From the NCBI GenBank assembly GCA_964016885.1, contig OZ024755.1:29574001-29638000 (forward strand): DNA of 64,000 bases, given 5' to 3'. Position numbers and translations under genes: made by a program. This document shows, piece by piece, positions 15,703 to 29,720 of this stretch; positions within the stretch are counted from its first letter, which is position 1, and every line of letters starts with the position of its first letter. The notes under the pieces are model-generated. The model was not told the origin of the DNA. It ran no database searches and saw only the letters and a program-made list of their open reading frames with translations. This stretch comes from Eledone cirrhosa (lineage: Eukaryota).

Positions 15703-16513
15703 GTGTGTGTGTTCCTGCGTATATGTACACTCACACACACACATACACATATATATATATATATATATGAAATTGGAGAGGGTTTCCTTATCTACACGCT
15801 TAGTTATAGGTTTACTGGGAGCAAACGCACATATCTGCATATTTAGATATCTACGTTCCCATAGGTCTAATCCATTGTAAGCTTAACATCTTTGATTTTA
15901 TATTTTTTTACTAGAAAGAACGCGGAATAAGTAAATGTGGGATGAGAATAAATATAAAATGTATAGATAAGATAAATAATAGAGTTATATAAATATATGT
16001 GAAAGCACGTCTGTTGACAATAGTTTTGTAGCAGAGTTAAAACGAAAACTTTGTCCAAAATGCATTTGTGATAAAGAAAAAGAACTGCATAAAAAGGGCA
16101 AACCAAGATAGAGAGAATAATAAAGACCAGAAGGAAGAAAAGGATATATATAAACAGAGAGAAAGAAGAACAGTAAGAAAATAAAGGGAGGCATAATGAA
16201 AAACCCAAATGAAATAATAAGTTACATTTCGACTTGTAAAAGTAATATGGACATTACAAATCATAGAAATAGGCATTGTACGAGTGCCGGCACGTATGCA
16301 CGTAGACACACACATTACCTGCAACTGTATATATATATATATATATAGTATTAAGGATACTATCTATGGTTATGTATATAATAAAACCTTTTAAGGTTAT
16401 ATATTTTTTATATACAAACCCCAAATAGTGAAAGATAGTCATTCAATACTATCTTATTACCAGTAAGATAAATAGCTCAATGTAATAACATCAGTTGCTT
16501 TACAGAGCAGTTA

Positions 16514-16585
<72 letters not shown>

Positions 16586-16607
16586 TGTAATAAACAACAT
16601 AAGATAA

Positions 16608-16675
16608 TTATTTCATTTACCAGTGGTTTCATGAAGGCAGATGACGTGTCTGACTTCCGTCGTCAGAATGAATAA
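16608..16675 (-). ncRNA. Type-I hammerhead ribozyme motif
   Basis: Minus: ttcatt-CTGACGA-cggaagtcaga(cacgtca)tctgccttcat-GAAA-ccactgg-TA-aatgaa; stem I 6+ bp, GUA site; base of stem II mismatched. Confidence 0.65.
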
Positions 16676-17183
16676 ATAACATAGCGTTTTTATTAATAAA
16701 AACATAACTAATAAGCTCTGTAGCCTACATAGAGCACTTTTTTTCCTGTACCTTTCCGACGGAAATACTTCATTTATATCTATATATATATTCAAAGGGC
16801 GGAGGAACTCAGGAGAAGCTACGGTCATCCGATAATGTGTTGTTATTTATTGTGGAGAAAGAGACTCCTTGTCTTCATTAAGACATCTCTCTAGTAGAAG
16901 GTCACTCTGATATAAAGCCTGCGACTTCGTATGCATCCAATGATGTAGGCCAGTTATTCGTTTTGGAAAAATGCATTCGATGTTCAGAGAATGGGATTGG
17001 CCCCGTGCAAAGCCTTTCCCAACTTAAAAAGGTTTCAGGCACAGGCATCGTTTAATATGTGACATTTCTTTACGATGCATAGCATTGCTGGCCATAGGCA
17101 AGTTCCTGGCGGGACTCAAGGGCCACGTCTGTGATGTTATGCTTGGGTGTCAAGCGATGGCATTACTCGAAATCGAGTTGCAA

Positions 17184-17232
<49 letters not shown>

Positions 17233-17237
<5 letters not shown>

Positions 17238-17443
17238 CATGTATGACCCCGACGGCAGAGCTCAAGCCATTTCGACGGCTATTTCTGGACTGAAATAGCC
17301 GTCGAAACGGCTTGAGCTCTGCCGTCGTGGTCATACATTTTCCTATTACCCACTTTACTACCCTAAGTAGTGAGTACTGTTTTAAGCGCCGAAACATCTA
17401 TAAACGGCTGATGAAGGGCTACTTTTTACGTTTATAGATGTTT
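17233..17443 (+). mobile_element. Palindromic family A copy fused to a second hairpin containing CTGATGA
   Basis: Hairpin 17241-17336; AAACATCTATAAACG-gctgatgaagggctacttttta-CGTTTATAGATGTTT at ~17392-17443. Confidence 0.8.
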
Positions 17444-17496
17444 ATATATATATTAATTCAAAATATTAACAAAATAGATATTATTGTGATCAAGTA

Positions 17497-17563
17497 TATT
17501 TTATTATACATATTTCAGAGGTAATGAGTTAACTTCAACAGTACGTTCTCATCAGATAAAATA
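17497..17563 (-). ncRNA. Type-I hammerhead ribozyme motif with decayed stem II
   Basis: Minus: tattttat-CTGATGA-(32 nt)-GAAA-tatgta-TA-ataaaata; perfect 8-bp stem I; stem III identical to that at 48640-48648. Confidence 0.65.
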
Positions 17564-18941
17564 AGATGATGCATGACATACCCTGACATAGTAGATGGCT
17601 AACATTCAGGAATGGTAGTGAGTAATATATGACAAAACTCAATATTTATATACCTTAATATTGAGAACATGAGAAAAATATATAATATATACAATAGAGA
17701 CGGTGCGTGTGAGACAGCTTTAAAAATACTTGGCATCAATATAACTGTTAAATTATTTAAATTACTGAAGAGGAAAGAAAAGAAAATCATAGACCAAGAA
17801 ACAGACGAGGGGATAATATAGTTAGTAGGGGCCTAGAAAGGCAAAAGAGAGTTGATTACAGAGAGAGAGATGAAGAACTTATGTTCAAGTCTTTAGACAA
17901 TTATCCATATATACAATATATATCTAAACATATCTGGTTGACCGTTAATATTCAAAATATTTAATTTAAGTTAGTTCAGAGTAATGAATAATATTTTAGG
18001 TTTTAAAAGTTAATAGGTATCTGTATTAATATTAAAGTATACTATCAAATTTAATTTCTAAAATCAAATTTTATGAAATCAAATTTAAAGGATTTACAAA
18101 CACGAGAAAGAAAACAATGTTTTTACAACCTCACGAAGGTAAACTTTACCAAATTTATCATATAATATTGACAACAGTTTATATAATATAATTTAGAAAA
18201 TAATTACCGTTATAATTTTTATAGAATTTATTAGTACAATTTGAGTGCCTAAAGGATCAACAGGCCTTATAATTAAACTTAAAAAGGTCTGAAATTTAAA
18301 TTACATATATGTATTTATCAAAAGAAATACACAAAGATTATATTGTCTAAAGGCTTAAGATGATACCTTTCAAATATACATAATATAATACAATATAGTA
18401 AATAAGTTACTGAAAATATTGTTAAAAATTAATGTTTTAGATCAATTAATAGATATATACTATAAATATATAAGTCAAAACTTCACGAGTCCTAAGGATA
18501 AGGACTAGATACAAAATAAAAAGTGAAAAAATAAAAAGTGAAAAAAAAGTGAAAAAATAATGAATTGTTTGCGAAACATAAAAATGCCCAATATTTAAAA
18601 AATATAGTTTAAAATGCAAGAGGGTTTTATTATATAGTAGACAAAAGATACTTCTAAAATGTCCAACGAAGGTGATAGAAAGAGGAGCTAAGGATTTGAA
18701 TGACCCGGGGGTAATCTAAATTTAATTAAAATAAAATAAATTAAATTAAATTAAGTAATAATCATTATATAATTTCGAACATTAAGGAAATATCTAACAC
18801 TTATAACAAAAGAGAGTCATTTGAATATCTAAATTACTTATAAATGTAACTACTATTAATAACTCTGGAAAACCTTACTGTTGAGTGCTTCCAATCTATT
18901 GTAAAACTCATTCTTTGATTTATTTATTGAACCTTGTTTAA

Positions 18942-18991
<50 letters not shown>

Positions 18992-18995
<4 letters not shown>

Positions 18996-19195
18996 AACGA
19001 GTAGGACCCCGACGGCTGAGCTCAAGCCGTTTCGACGGCTAATTCTGGACTAAAAATTAGTCCAGAATTAGCCGTCGAAACGGCTTGAGCTCAGCCGTCT
19101 GGGGTCCTACTCGTTCATATTACCCACTCTACTACCCTAAGTATTGAGTACTTTGGTGCGTTATGGTCCACCTGGTTCCTTACCACATTTCCTCA

Positions 19196-19198
<3 letters not shown>
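18992..19198 (+). mobile_element. Palindromic mini-element family A
   Basis: Hairpin about 18992-19118 plus tail; (TA)n on both sides. Confidence 0.9.
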
Positions 19199-19231
<33 letters not shown>

Positions 19232-19433
19232 TGAGGAAATGTCATACATATATGTGTCAGTGTTGAACAAAAAGGTGACGTGGTTGCCTTAACACCGTAC
19301 GGCATAAAATTCAGGCTGTTCAGTTTGTTTACAAACGAACAAAGCGGCGTTATAATAAGCGTCCGCTAAACTGATACGTGCATATATGTATGTGTACCTG
19401 TATGTATGTGTGTATATGTGTGTATATGTGTGT

Positions 19434-19499
<66 letters not shown>

Positions 19500-19699
19500 G
19501 TATATATATATGCATGCTACTGTACGTCTGTATACATATATGTATGTACGTATACACACATACTTACATTTAAGTAAGTGCCGTACTAAGAGTGAGAAAT
19601 GGAATTTCGTTTTCATTTTATTTCAACTTATATATATATATATATTGTTATATTTAGGTAGGATCATGTCTTAATATTGCCAAAAAGATAATAAACAAC

Positions 19700-19779
19700 C
19701 TTCGGCCTCCAGGACCCATAGTAGATTTTTGAGTCTCATTTTAGGAAAAAGGTACCGGCTTCGACGCCGGGAAATACAG
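19700..19779. mobile_element. Possible Tc1/mariner (pogo-like) MITE terminal fragment
   Basis: AAAAAGGTACCGGCTTCGACGCCGGGAAATACAG resembles CCGTATTT(T/C)CCGGCGTATAAG-type TIRs in reverse; no partner TIR seen. Confidence 0.3.
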
Positions 19780-19977
19780 CACATTCCAGCACATTCCAGT
19801 ATTCGTTCTTTATGGTTTAGTTTGCAGAGTGACACCCCTAAAACGATGTGTGGAGCTGTTGAGGTAAAGTATCATAGCAATGTTAGGAGGGCGCCGAAAT
19901 TGGCTTTAAATATATATTTATATGAAGCGTATCTGTCCGGAAACTATATATGTATATGTATATGTATATATATATGT

Positions 19978-20073
<96 letters not shown>

Positions 20074-20188
20074 ATGTGCGTGTATGTATGTGTGTGTATG
20101 CATGTATGCATGTATATAGTTATATATGTATTTACGCATGTACACAAATGTATGTATGCATATATGTATGTATGCATATATGTATGTA

Positions 20189-20238
<50 letters not shown>

Positions 20239-20749
20239 GGGGGGGGGGCTGTACTGAAAGAATATTCATATATGGATATGTATATACGGGTTTATGAAAG
20301 TTAAATATAAAAACAAAATATATGTTTTTACAACTGTAAATTGTAGTTGACACGAATTGAGAGGCGGGTCACTGACAATGTTTATAGAAAATCAACATGA
20401 AGTGCCATACCAATATCGATATATAAACAAATGAACTACCCAGCCATTGAATATCTCACGAGGTATATTATGTTTAAGCATGCTCTCCGATTCCTTAAGG
20501 ACATAAATGTATTTCTATATTGGCTATTAGTGCAATGGTGTCATCTTGCAAATGGAAAATATTTTGATTTTGGACTTGGTACTTTTTTTTTTTTTTTCCC
20601 TAAATAACAAAGTGAACCGATATAAATGGGTAATTTCCATGTCACTATAGCCTGGCTTACTTTAACACACACATATATCTGCTTTCAAATGATCTATTCC
20701 TGTAGATATATCTTCTGATTTAATATATAAAAAGAAAATTTAATAATCG

Positions 20750-20832
<83 letters not shown>

Positions 20833-20923
20833 GTAAGGTGTATTATTGGTTGTGTAAAACGATCCAATAAATGTTTGTTAGCAATTTGTAAATTTATACC
20901 TTTGGCTTCGGGTCTTTATTTTG

Positions 20924-20954
<31 letters not shown>

Positions 20955-21033
20955 TATATATATATATATAAATACACACACACATATATTTATATATACA
21001 GACACACACACCCACACACATACATACACACAC

Positions 21034-21081
<48 letters not shown>

Positions 21082-21257
21082 ATGAATGACAAAATGGGTT
21101 TATATATGTATATTATTTATGTAAATATGTATATAATGTACATGTCTCTTCTTCATAAATTTCGATTATACCTTGATCAACCGCCTCCACGATGGAGACA
21201 TTATAACGAAACGGAAATTACGCAATAGACCCTTCACTGAATGTATAACGGTGTATG

Positions 21258-21308
<51 letters not shown>

Positions 21309-21389
21309 GTATATGTATATATATATCTGTGTGCATGTGTGTAGATTTGTAGGTAGACTTTTATGTATGTGTGTATGTCTTGTCCATTA

Positions 21390-21432
21390 TATATATATAT
21401 GATATATATATATATAATATATATATGTATAT

Positions 21433-21466
<34 letters not shown>

Positions 21467-21586
21467 ATATGATATATATATGATATATATATATGATATA
21501 TATATCATATATATATATATATATCATATATATATCATATACATATATATATCATATATATATATATATATCATATATATATATAT

Positions 21587-21628
<42 letters not shown>

Positions 21629-21714
21629 ATATATATATATATATGATATATATATATATATCATATATATATATATATCATATATATATATATATATCAT
21701 ATATATATATATAT

Positions 21715-21751
<37 letters not shown>

Positions 21752-22024
21752 TATATATATATATATCATATATATATATATATCATATATATATATATAT
21801 ATCATATATATATATATATCATATATATATATATATCATATATATATATATATCATATATATATATATATCATATATATATATATATCATATATATATAT
21901 ATATCATATATATATACATATATATATATATCATATATCATATGTATATATCATATATATATATCATATATATATATATGACATATATATATATATATAT
22001 CATATATACATATGATATATATAT

Positions 22025-22055
<31 letters not shown>

Positions 22056-22072
22056 CATATATATATATCATA

Positions 22073-22130
<58 letters not shown>
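21390..22130. repeat. (TA)n/(TATC) compound microsatellite
   Basis: Direct. Confidence 0.97.
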
Positions 22131-22131
<1 letters not shown>

Positions 22132-22302
22132 TGTTATACTTGGGGAGGGTCATATTTGCGTAATATTGCCAGAATTAATAACAGAACACACTCACTGCTT
22201 GGTTGGTTTTCGCTTCTCGCTGTATTTTATATCTGCGATCTAACTTACTCGGTCCTCAATGTTGCCATTGACTGACCGGCGGTCAAAAATAATACAGACA
22301 CA
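22130..22302. mobile_element. Mini-element family E (copies at 24041-24110 and as a fold-back at 52929-53257)
   Basis: TTGTTATACTTGGGGAGGGTCATAT..ACAGAACACACTCACTG shared among the copies; (TA)n flanks. Confidence 0.75.
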
Positions 22303-22304
22303 TA

Positions 22305-22370
<66 letters not shown>

Positions 22371-22795
22371 CATATACGTTATTTATATCACTAACATAAT
22401 GCGTGTTTCATAATGTGGGTGTATAAGTATAAGAAATATACAAGAGTCTCGCTCTAAATATTTAAGCCGTAATCACGTAATACATACATACATACATACA
22501 TACATACATACATACATACATACATACATACATACATACATACAATACATACAGTTAATAAATGAATCAAACAGAACACAGGAGGCAATATTTACACAGT
22601 TATATTAGGATCAAACTTGGTGGAAGTGGAATTACACACACACGCTCGCGCATACACACATAGACATACATATATATATATATAGAGAGAGAGGGTGAGA
22701 GAGAGAGAGAGGGTGGGAGAGAGAGATAGGGTGGGAGAGAGAGATAGGGCGGGAGAGAGAGGGTGGGAGAGAGAGAGAGGGGTAGAGGTAGAGGT

Positions 22796-22828
<33 letters not shown>

Positions 22829-22842
22829 GAAATACATATATA

Positions 22843-22903
<61 letters not shown>

Positions 22904-23132
22904 GTGTGTGTGTGTATGTGTGTGAGTGTGTGTGTTAAGCAAACCAAAACAACCTAATTTATAGGATTTACGGCGAATATGTCTTGAGAATTAAATACTT
23001 AACTAACCTCTTTCTAAAAAAAATGTTGAATGAATTAGTAACATGAATATTGATAAAACCAAATTGAAACTGAACTGGTGAGGGCCGATTTAATTACTAG
23101 CATGACTACTAAATCTTAACTAAATATACTCG

Positions 23133-23163
<31 letters not shown>

Positions 23164-23317
23164 TCATATATATATTGATATACATATATCTATATATATA
23201 TACACACATATATATATATTGATATACATATATCTATATATATATACACATATATATATATATATACACACATATATAAATATATATATACACATATATA
23301 TATATATATACACACAC

Positions 23318-23354
<37 letters not shown>

Positions 23355-23427
23355 CTCATATATATATATATATATATATACACTCATATATATATTGATA
23401 TACATATATATACACTCATATATATAT

Positions 23428-23466
<39 letters not shown>

Positions 23467-23614
23467 CAACAGATTAACGTTTCCACGGACAAAAGTAACG
23501 TCTTCCTTCGGTTGCAACGTTTTTTGAAATGAAATTTAGCCTGCTCTAATAGTTTCCAGATTTAGTGATAATCATTATATACATGTACTGTTTGTCTTGC
23601 TGCCTCATTCCCCC

Positions 23615-23690
<76 letters not shown>

Positions 23691-23819
23691 AATCTCATTC
23701 CGTCTTTTTCTTCTACATACTCACACACATACATATAAACACACACACATACACAAACATATATATACATATATAAAGTATCGTCTTCCTGTCTTCCTCC
23801 GGTTGCAACGTTTTTTGAA

Positions 23820-23920
23820 ATATCCACTTCTGCGTTTACAGATTGACTTTGTTAGTTTCATAAGATCCCGTTAAGGGTGAAAGCAGCGATTCTTTGCTTA
23901 AATTTTAATCTGTTATTTTA
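23820..23920. repeat. Dispersed repeat family F (reverse copies at 29578-29680 and 33013-33078)
   Basis: GATCCCGTTAAGGGTGAAAGCAGCGATTCTTTGCTTAAA shared. Confidence 0.75.
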
Positions 23921-24014
23921 ATAATTATTTGCTCTACGGTTCTTATATATTTGATATATATTTATCCTTATCGAGCCCTCTTTGGATTTTAGTCTTCAAA
24001 TGTATCATTATTAC

Positions 24015-24045
<31 letters not shown>

Positions 24046-24109
24046 TTACTTGGGGAGGGTCATATAGTTGTAATACTATTGCTAGAAATAATAACGAACA
24101 CACTCACTG

Positions 24110-24152
<43 letters not shown>

Positions 24153-24155
<3 letters not shown>

Positions 24156-24393
24156 CGAAGGAAATGTGGTAAGGAACCGGGTGGACCATAACGCACCAAA
24201 GTACTCAATACTTAAGGTAGTAGAGTGGGTAATAGGAACAAGTAAGACCCCGACGGCTGAGCTCAAGCCGTTTCGACGGCTAATTCTGTACTAGGTACAA
24301 TGTACAATGTTACTAGGTAGTCGCATTGGATGGAGTACAGAATTAGCCGTCGAAACGGCTTGAGCTCAGCCGTCGGGGTCTTACTTGTTCCTA
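24153..24393 (-). mobile_element. Palindromic family A copy with ~40-nt expanded loop
   Basis: Tail on the left, arms 24231-24291 and 24335-24393. Confidence 0.9.
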
Positions 24394-24725
24394 TATATAT
24401 AATATATATATATACCATTAGCAAAGTGTGTATGAAGCTATAAAGCTGATAATCACTTTTACAAATGTAAATAATATATTTTTATCGATTACTTTAGGTA
24501 ATACCAGATGTATTTACACTGCAGATTAATTTCGGGCTTGTGAAAGTGTTATAATTCCAAGGTATTAAACTAAAACTGAAACTAAGATGTTAAGCCCATT
24601 GAGTTTGAAATTGATATTCCATGTTTAGTTACATTCAACAAACATATGTCATTCGGGGTGAATTGCTTCCAAGCTTTCAATTTTATCACTTGAATTTGAT
24701 ATCAAATTCTGAACCCGATCGCACG

Positions 24726-24780
<55 letters not shown>

Positions 24781-25015
24781 CATACATATAAATATACATA
24801 CATATATATACACAGGCCCATATACATACATATACATTTATATATATATACATACATACATACATACATCTATATATATATCTATATATATATATACATC
24901 CATACATCTATCTATCTATATATATATATATATATACATACATACATCTATCTATATATATATATATATATATACATCCATCCATCTATATATATATATA
25001 TATATATACATCCAT

Positions 25016-25054
<39 letters not shown>

Positions 25055-25222
25055 CATCTATCTATATATATATATATATACATCCATCCAAATATATATA
25101 TATATATATACATACATACATCCATATATATATATATATACATACATCCATATATACATACATATATACATACATCCATCCATATATATATATATACATA
25201 CATATATACATACATCCATATG

Positions 25223-25256
<34 letters not shown>

Positions 25257-25403
25257 CATACATCCATATGTATATATACATACATATACAGATATGCATA
25301 CGTATATATATATATCTATACATACATATATACATATATCCACATACATACATATACATTTATATACACACACACACATTTATATACACACAGACACACA
25401 CAT

Positions 25404-25495
<92 letters not shown>

Positions 25496-25734
25496 TGTGT
25501 GTGCGTGTGTTTCCGAGCTGTTATATATCGTTGATATTTGTAATTCAAACTCGAACAAGTTACAATTTGAAATATCCTCCGAAGCATCATAAATCGTACC
25601 CGGTTGTTTTTATAAAATAATTACATTTCGTATATAATATTGTTATATTACATATAAACACACCATCCTGCAAAGGTTACTCATGCATCCATACCAGTGC
25701 GTCCTCAATCATATGCATTGTAATATGTTTCCAC

Positions 25735-26168
25735 TTTCACAATTGATAACATACATGGTTGGATATCATAACCAAATATATACGGTCACCATTGAAAATA
25801 TTTACTAAATCTTCAGGAACCTGTCACACACATATCTATCTATATCTAGGGCGGGTGAAATTCCCGAGATCCATGGACGAGTTATCTCCATCGGTCTCTT
25901 CCCCACATCATCACTGCCATGTCCTGATCTCCAAGAGACCGCATTGCAGTATATTTCCGATTTCACAATTGATAACATACATGGTTGGATATCATAACCA
26001 AATATATACGGTCACCATTGAAAATATTTACTAAATCTTCAGGAACCTGTCACACACATATCTATCTATATCTAGGGCGGGTGAAATTCCCGAGATCCAT
26101 GGACGAGTTATCTCCATCGGTCTCTGTCCCTCATCATCTCTGCCATGTCCTGCATCTCCAAGAGACCT
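25735..26168. repeat. Local tandem duplication, period 226 bp
   Basis: TTTCACAATTGATAACATACATGG..CTCCAAGAGACC occurs twice; the ORFs at 25759 and 25985 have identical N-termini. Confidence 0.93.
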
Positions 26169-26335
26169 GTGTTTGTCGTGCGGGCATCAACATATGTCAA
26201 CCTCGGTCTCTCTCATCTAGTGTGTCCGTGCAGGGGCTCCCACAGGAGCACTGAGTGCAGTGTCAACTCTGGATGTTGGTGAGCATGTCCAGCTAAGCTC
26301 AGTCTCCTCTGTGATACTTTCGAGCTGACTTTTCA
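26070..26335 (-). pseudogene. 3' end of an RTE-X-like LINE
   Basis: Minus translation SQRRLSLAGHAHQHPELTLHSVLLWEPLHG..RPRLTYVDA..DRDRWR*LVHG; second copy at 56980-57125 (+). Confidence 0.75.
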
Positions 26336-26758
26336 CACACAAAAGCGCTTGTATAGACAAGTCACATGAATAGTATTCAATTCTAAATCAGATACAATGT
26401 TACGAACACGTTGGAAGAGAACAGTCAAATATATATCCATGTCTTTTTTTTATCAATCCCAAAAATGAAATAAGAAATCAACATCAGGGAGCTCTGAACT
26501 GAGGACCTATATATATAGGTCCCCTCAAAATATAAAATATATAAACCCCTCAAAATTTGCCTACTATCGTTCTGCGGGTATGTAGAAATTATAATATTGT
26601 TGATACACGAATTAGGAAGTAGAGATGTCGGGTTACATCCAATAAACATGACTTCGTTATTCAACGAGTTTTTATTTTATTTAATTCAACTAGATAAGAT
26701 TGTATCTCGGATTGTATGATTTCATTGCTAAATTCAAATAGACAGTACCAGCTTCAGT

Positions 26759-26915
26759 ATAACTGTTTCTACTTTTGGCACAAGGCCAGCAATTATCCCA
26801 GGCATTACTGGTACTTTATTTTATCGACCTCGAAAGGGTGAAAGGTAAAGTTGATCTCCGAGAGCAGAGAGTAGGAACAAATAGCGTAAAGCATTCTATC
26901 CGACGACTCTGCCGA
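26759..26915 (-). mobile_element. tRNA-derived SINE, diverged
   Basis: Tail and core of the main SINE in reverse. Confidence 0.75.
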
Positions 26916-28605
26916 CATCATTATAATTATTACAAAAGTGAATTATAAATCTGGAGAAGACTTTCTGATATTAGTCCCAACTTAGTACTTTAATGCTGCG
27001 TTATTTTGTCCATTCTAGAACGATTAAAAGCATGCATGACCTAGGTGGGTTTGGATATGGAGTCAAAGCCCGAAAAAAACATTAGAATTTTAACTGCACT
27101 TATGTTTCATTGCTAGTCACGTCTGAATGTGTTTTTAACTGAGAGTTGGATACGACAGAAAATTAAATTTCAACGACATTTACAATTATGTCTCTGACAG
27201 AAGAAATCAACTGAATATCCCCGAGTTGTAATAATTACATACATGTATGATCAGAAATGTTGAACATACCGTTTTAAATTATGTTGGCTGTCAAGACCAG
27301 ATTGATATCAATTTTGCTTCGTCGCAGAATTCAAATTTGCTCAGGGACACTCTGCAGAGATCGAGAAATATTTCAAACGCGCATTGTCCCAAAGTATGTC
27401 ACAGGCGCTACAACATATATGTTACTATATAGGAAACTACCTCTCATATTTATGGTCATAATAGTGATATTGGCAATGATTGTGATGGAGGTGACGGAGT
27501 TGTCATATGGTAGTGTTGATGGTGATGGTCGTAATTATTAAAATAATCATTTTCATTGAAGAGCGCAACTGCATTGTACATTCCAGAATCCTCTCTATTG
27601 TACATAGAAAAAACAGTAATCACTAAATGTTCCATAATTGCCAGTGAATATTTACCGGACAGTAATACTTGATTTCATTTACTTGCCCCAGCTTGCTAGA
27701 GAATTAAACATTTCGACATTTGAAGCAACATGCTCTCGCTAATATAACAGAAACTACTGACTAGCTAGCTGCTTGAGAATGTAAACACTCGGCTATGCGA
27801 CATGTTATTAGCTGCGGGCTATTAAAAACAAAATATTTACCCAAATCGGTTTAAATCCTCAATTATCACAAACTAACCCTTTTCAGGAGTCTAGTGAGAT
27901 GATATATCTAACAACAACCCCGTTCGTGTATTGACACGATACACGATATTAGAAATAGCAGCCAAATCTCACAGAAAACCTACGACAGCACAATATTGAA
28001 ATTACTGATCTATTGTAATGCCAAGAGCACTATGTATACTACGGTGGTTGAATTTGAAAAGGTCTTTGAAATTTATCTAGCAGAAAATGAATTGATAAAT
28101 GACCATGACTTAAATACATTTGTAGTCTTATAGAGTGGCAAAAAGATAATTAATGTATTTCTTACAAAGGAAATATGTTTTTAAAACATAAAATAGTTCT
28201 ATCCGTTTCTTTTTATCAATTTTTATAGCTTCAGGGGATAATGTATATCTGCTAAGATATTCTACTTCCCAATCACTGATATTTTATATTAAATAATCTT
28301 TTTCGCCTTTCATTTAACTCCAGTAAAATAATAGATCTATCTATGTCGTGTTAGTGACATTATCAAAGCGGAAACTAAGTCTCAGATGTTTTAAATAGGC
28401 TTGTGTGTGTGTGTGTGTGTGTATGTGTGTGTGTATGTGTGTGTCTGTGTGTGTGTGTCTGTGTGTCTGTGTCTGTGTGTCTGTGTCTGTGTGTGTGTGT
28501 GTGTGTGTGTGCGCATGTATGTATGTATGTATGTATGTATGTATGTATGTATGTATGTATGTATGTATATATATATATATATATGTGTGTGTGTATGTAT
28601 ATATA

Positions 28606-28667
<62 letters not shown>

Positions 28668-28694
28668 GGTGGTGTGTGTGGGGGGTGGGGTATT

Positions 28695-28725
<31 letters not shown>

Positions 28726-28778
28726 ATATATACACATGTGCGTGTGCGTGTGCGTGTGTGCGTGTGCGTGTGTGTGTA

Positions 28779-28815
<37 letters not shown>

Positions 28816-29513
28816 TATTTGCTCTTCAAATCTTATAACTTTTTCTGAAATGACTAAAGAAGTCTAAATAGCCACGTGTTGGTGTATTATTGCTTTATGG
28901 TAAGAAGATAGACGTTACATATAGAATTAGGCGGAGGAATATAAACCGGTTCAAACCACAACTCCATGAACACGTGTTCATAATACAGGGTGGCCCAAGC
29001 ATCGCAACACATGGGAAATGTTTATATTATAATATTTATAAATGCTAGACGAGTAAATTTCCCGAGTATTCCATAATTTGAATTAATGTAGACATCCGGT
29101 CAGCGGGAATGCTATGCTGTAGATTGATCAGTTCAGGGTTGTGAACAAATCACGTTTTTGCAGCCATTTTGATAAAATTTGACTCTTAATTGACAGTTGT
29201 ACATTCTGTGTAATTATTAAAATAAAGAATTGAAATAGCGACGATTTTAGTAACTACTTGCAGAATGGCCTGGCGTTGCTCGGAATTCTAAACATAGATT
29301 GGCATTTTTATCCCTCCTTTCTGAAACAGTACAGAGAAGTACGGAATACCTCGGCCTCGGGATGGTGTCTACAGTTTGTGCTCATAAAAAAAATCGTCGT
29401 AGATTACCAGGGTTTTTTTCTTCGTGCGAAGAAAATCAATACTTTATCGAGAAATAAATAATTTTGTTTATATTTTGTTATTGTGTATGCAAAAATATCT
29501 GTACACGAATATA

Positions 29514-29573
<60 letters not shown>

Positions 29574-29720
29574 TATAAATGACAGATTAAAGTTTAAGCA
29601 AAGAATCGCCGCTTTCAGCCTTAACGGGATCTTCTGAAACTAAAAAAAAATCAATCTGTGAACGCAGCAGTAAATATTTCGAAATATGTTACACACTATA
29701 TATATGTATACAACACTATA

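Noticed and set aside
28985-29000. TACAGGGTGGCCC as a Tc1/mariner TIR
   Set aside because: No partner TIR or transposase remnant found
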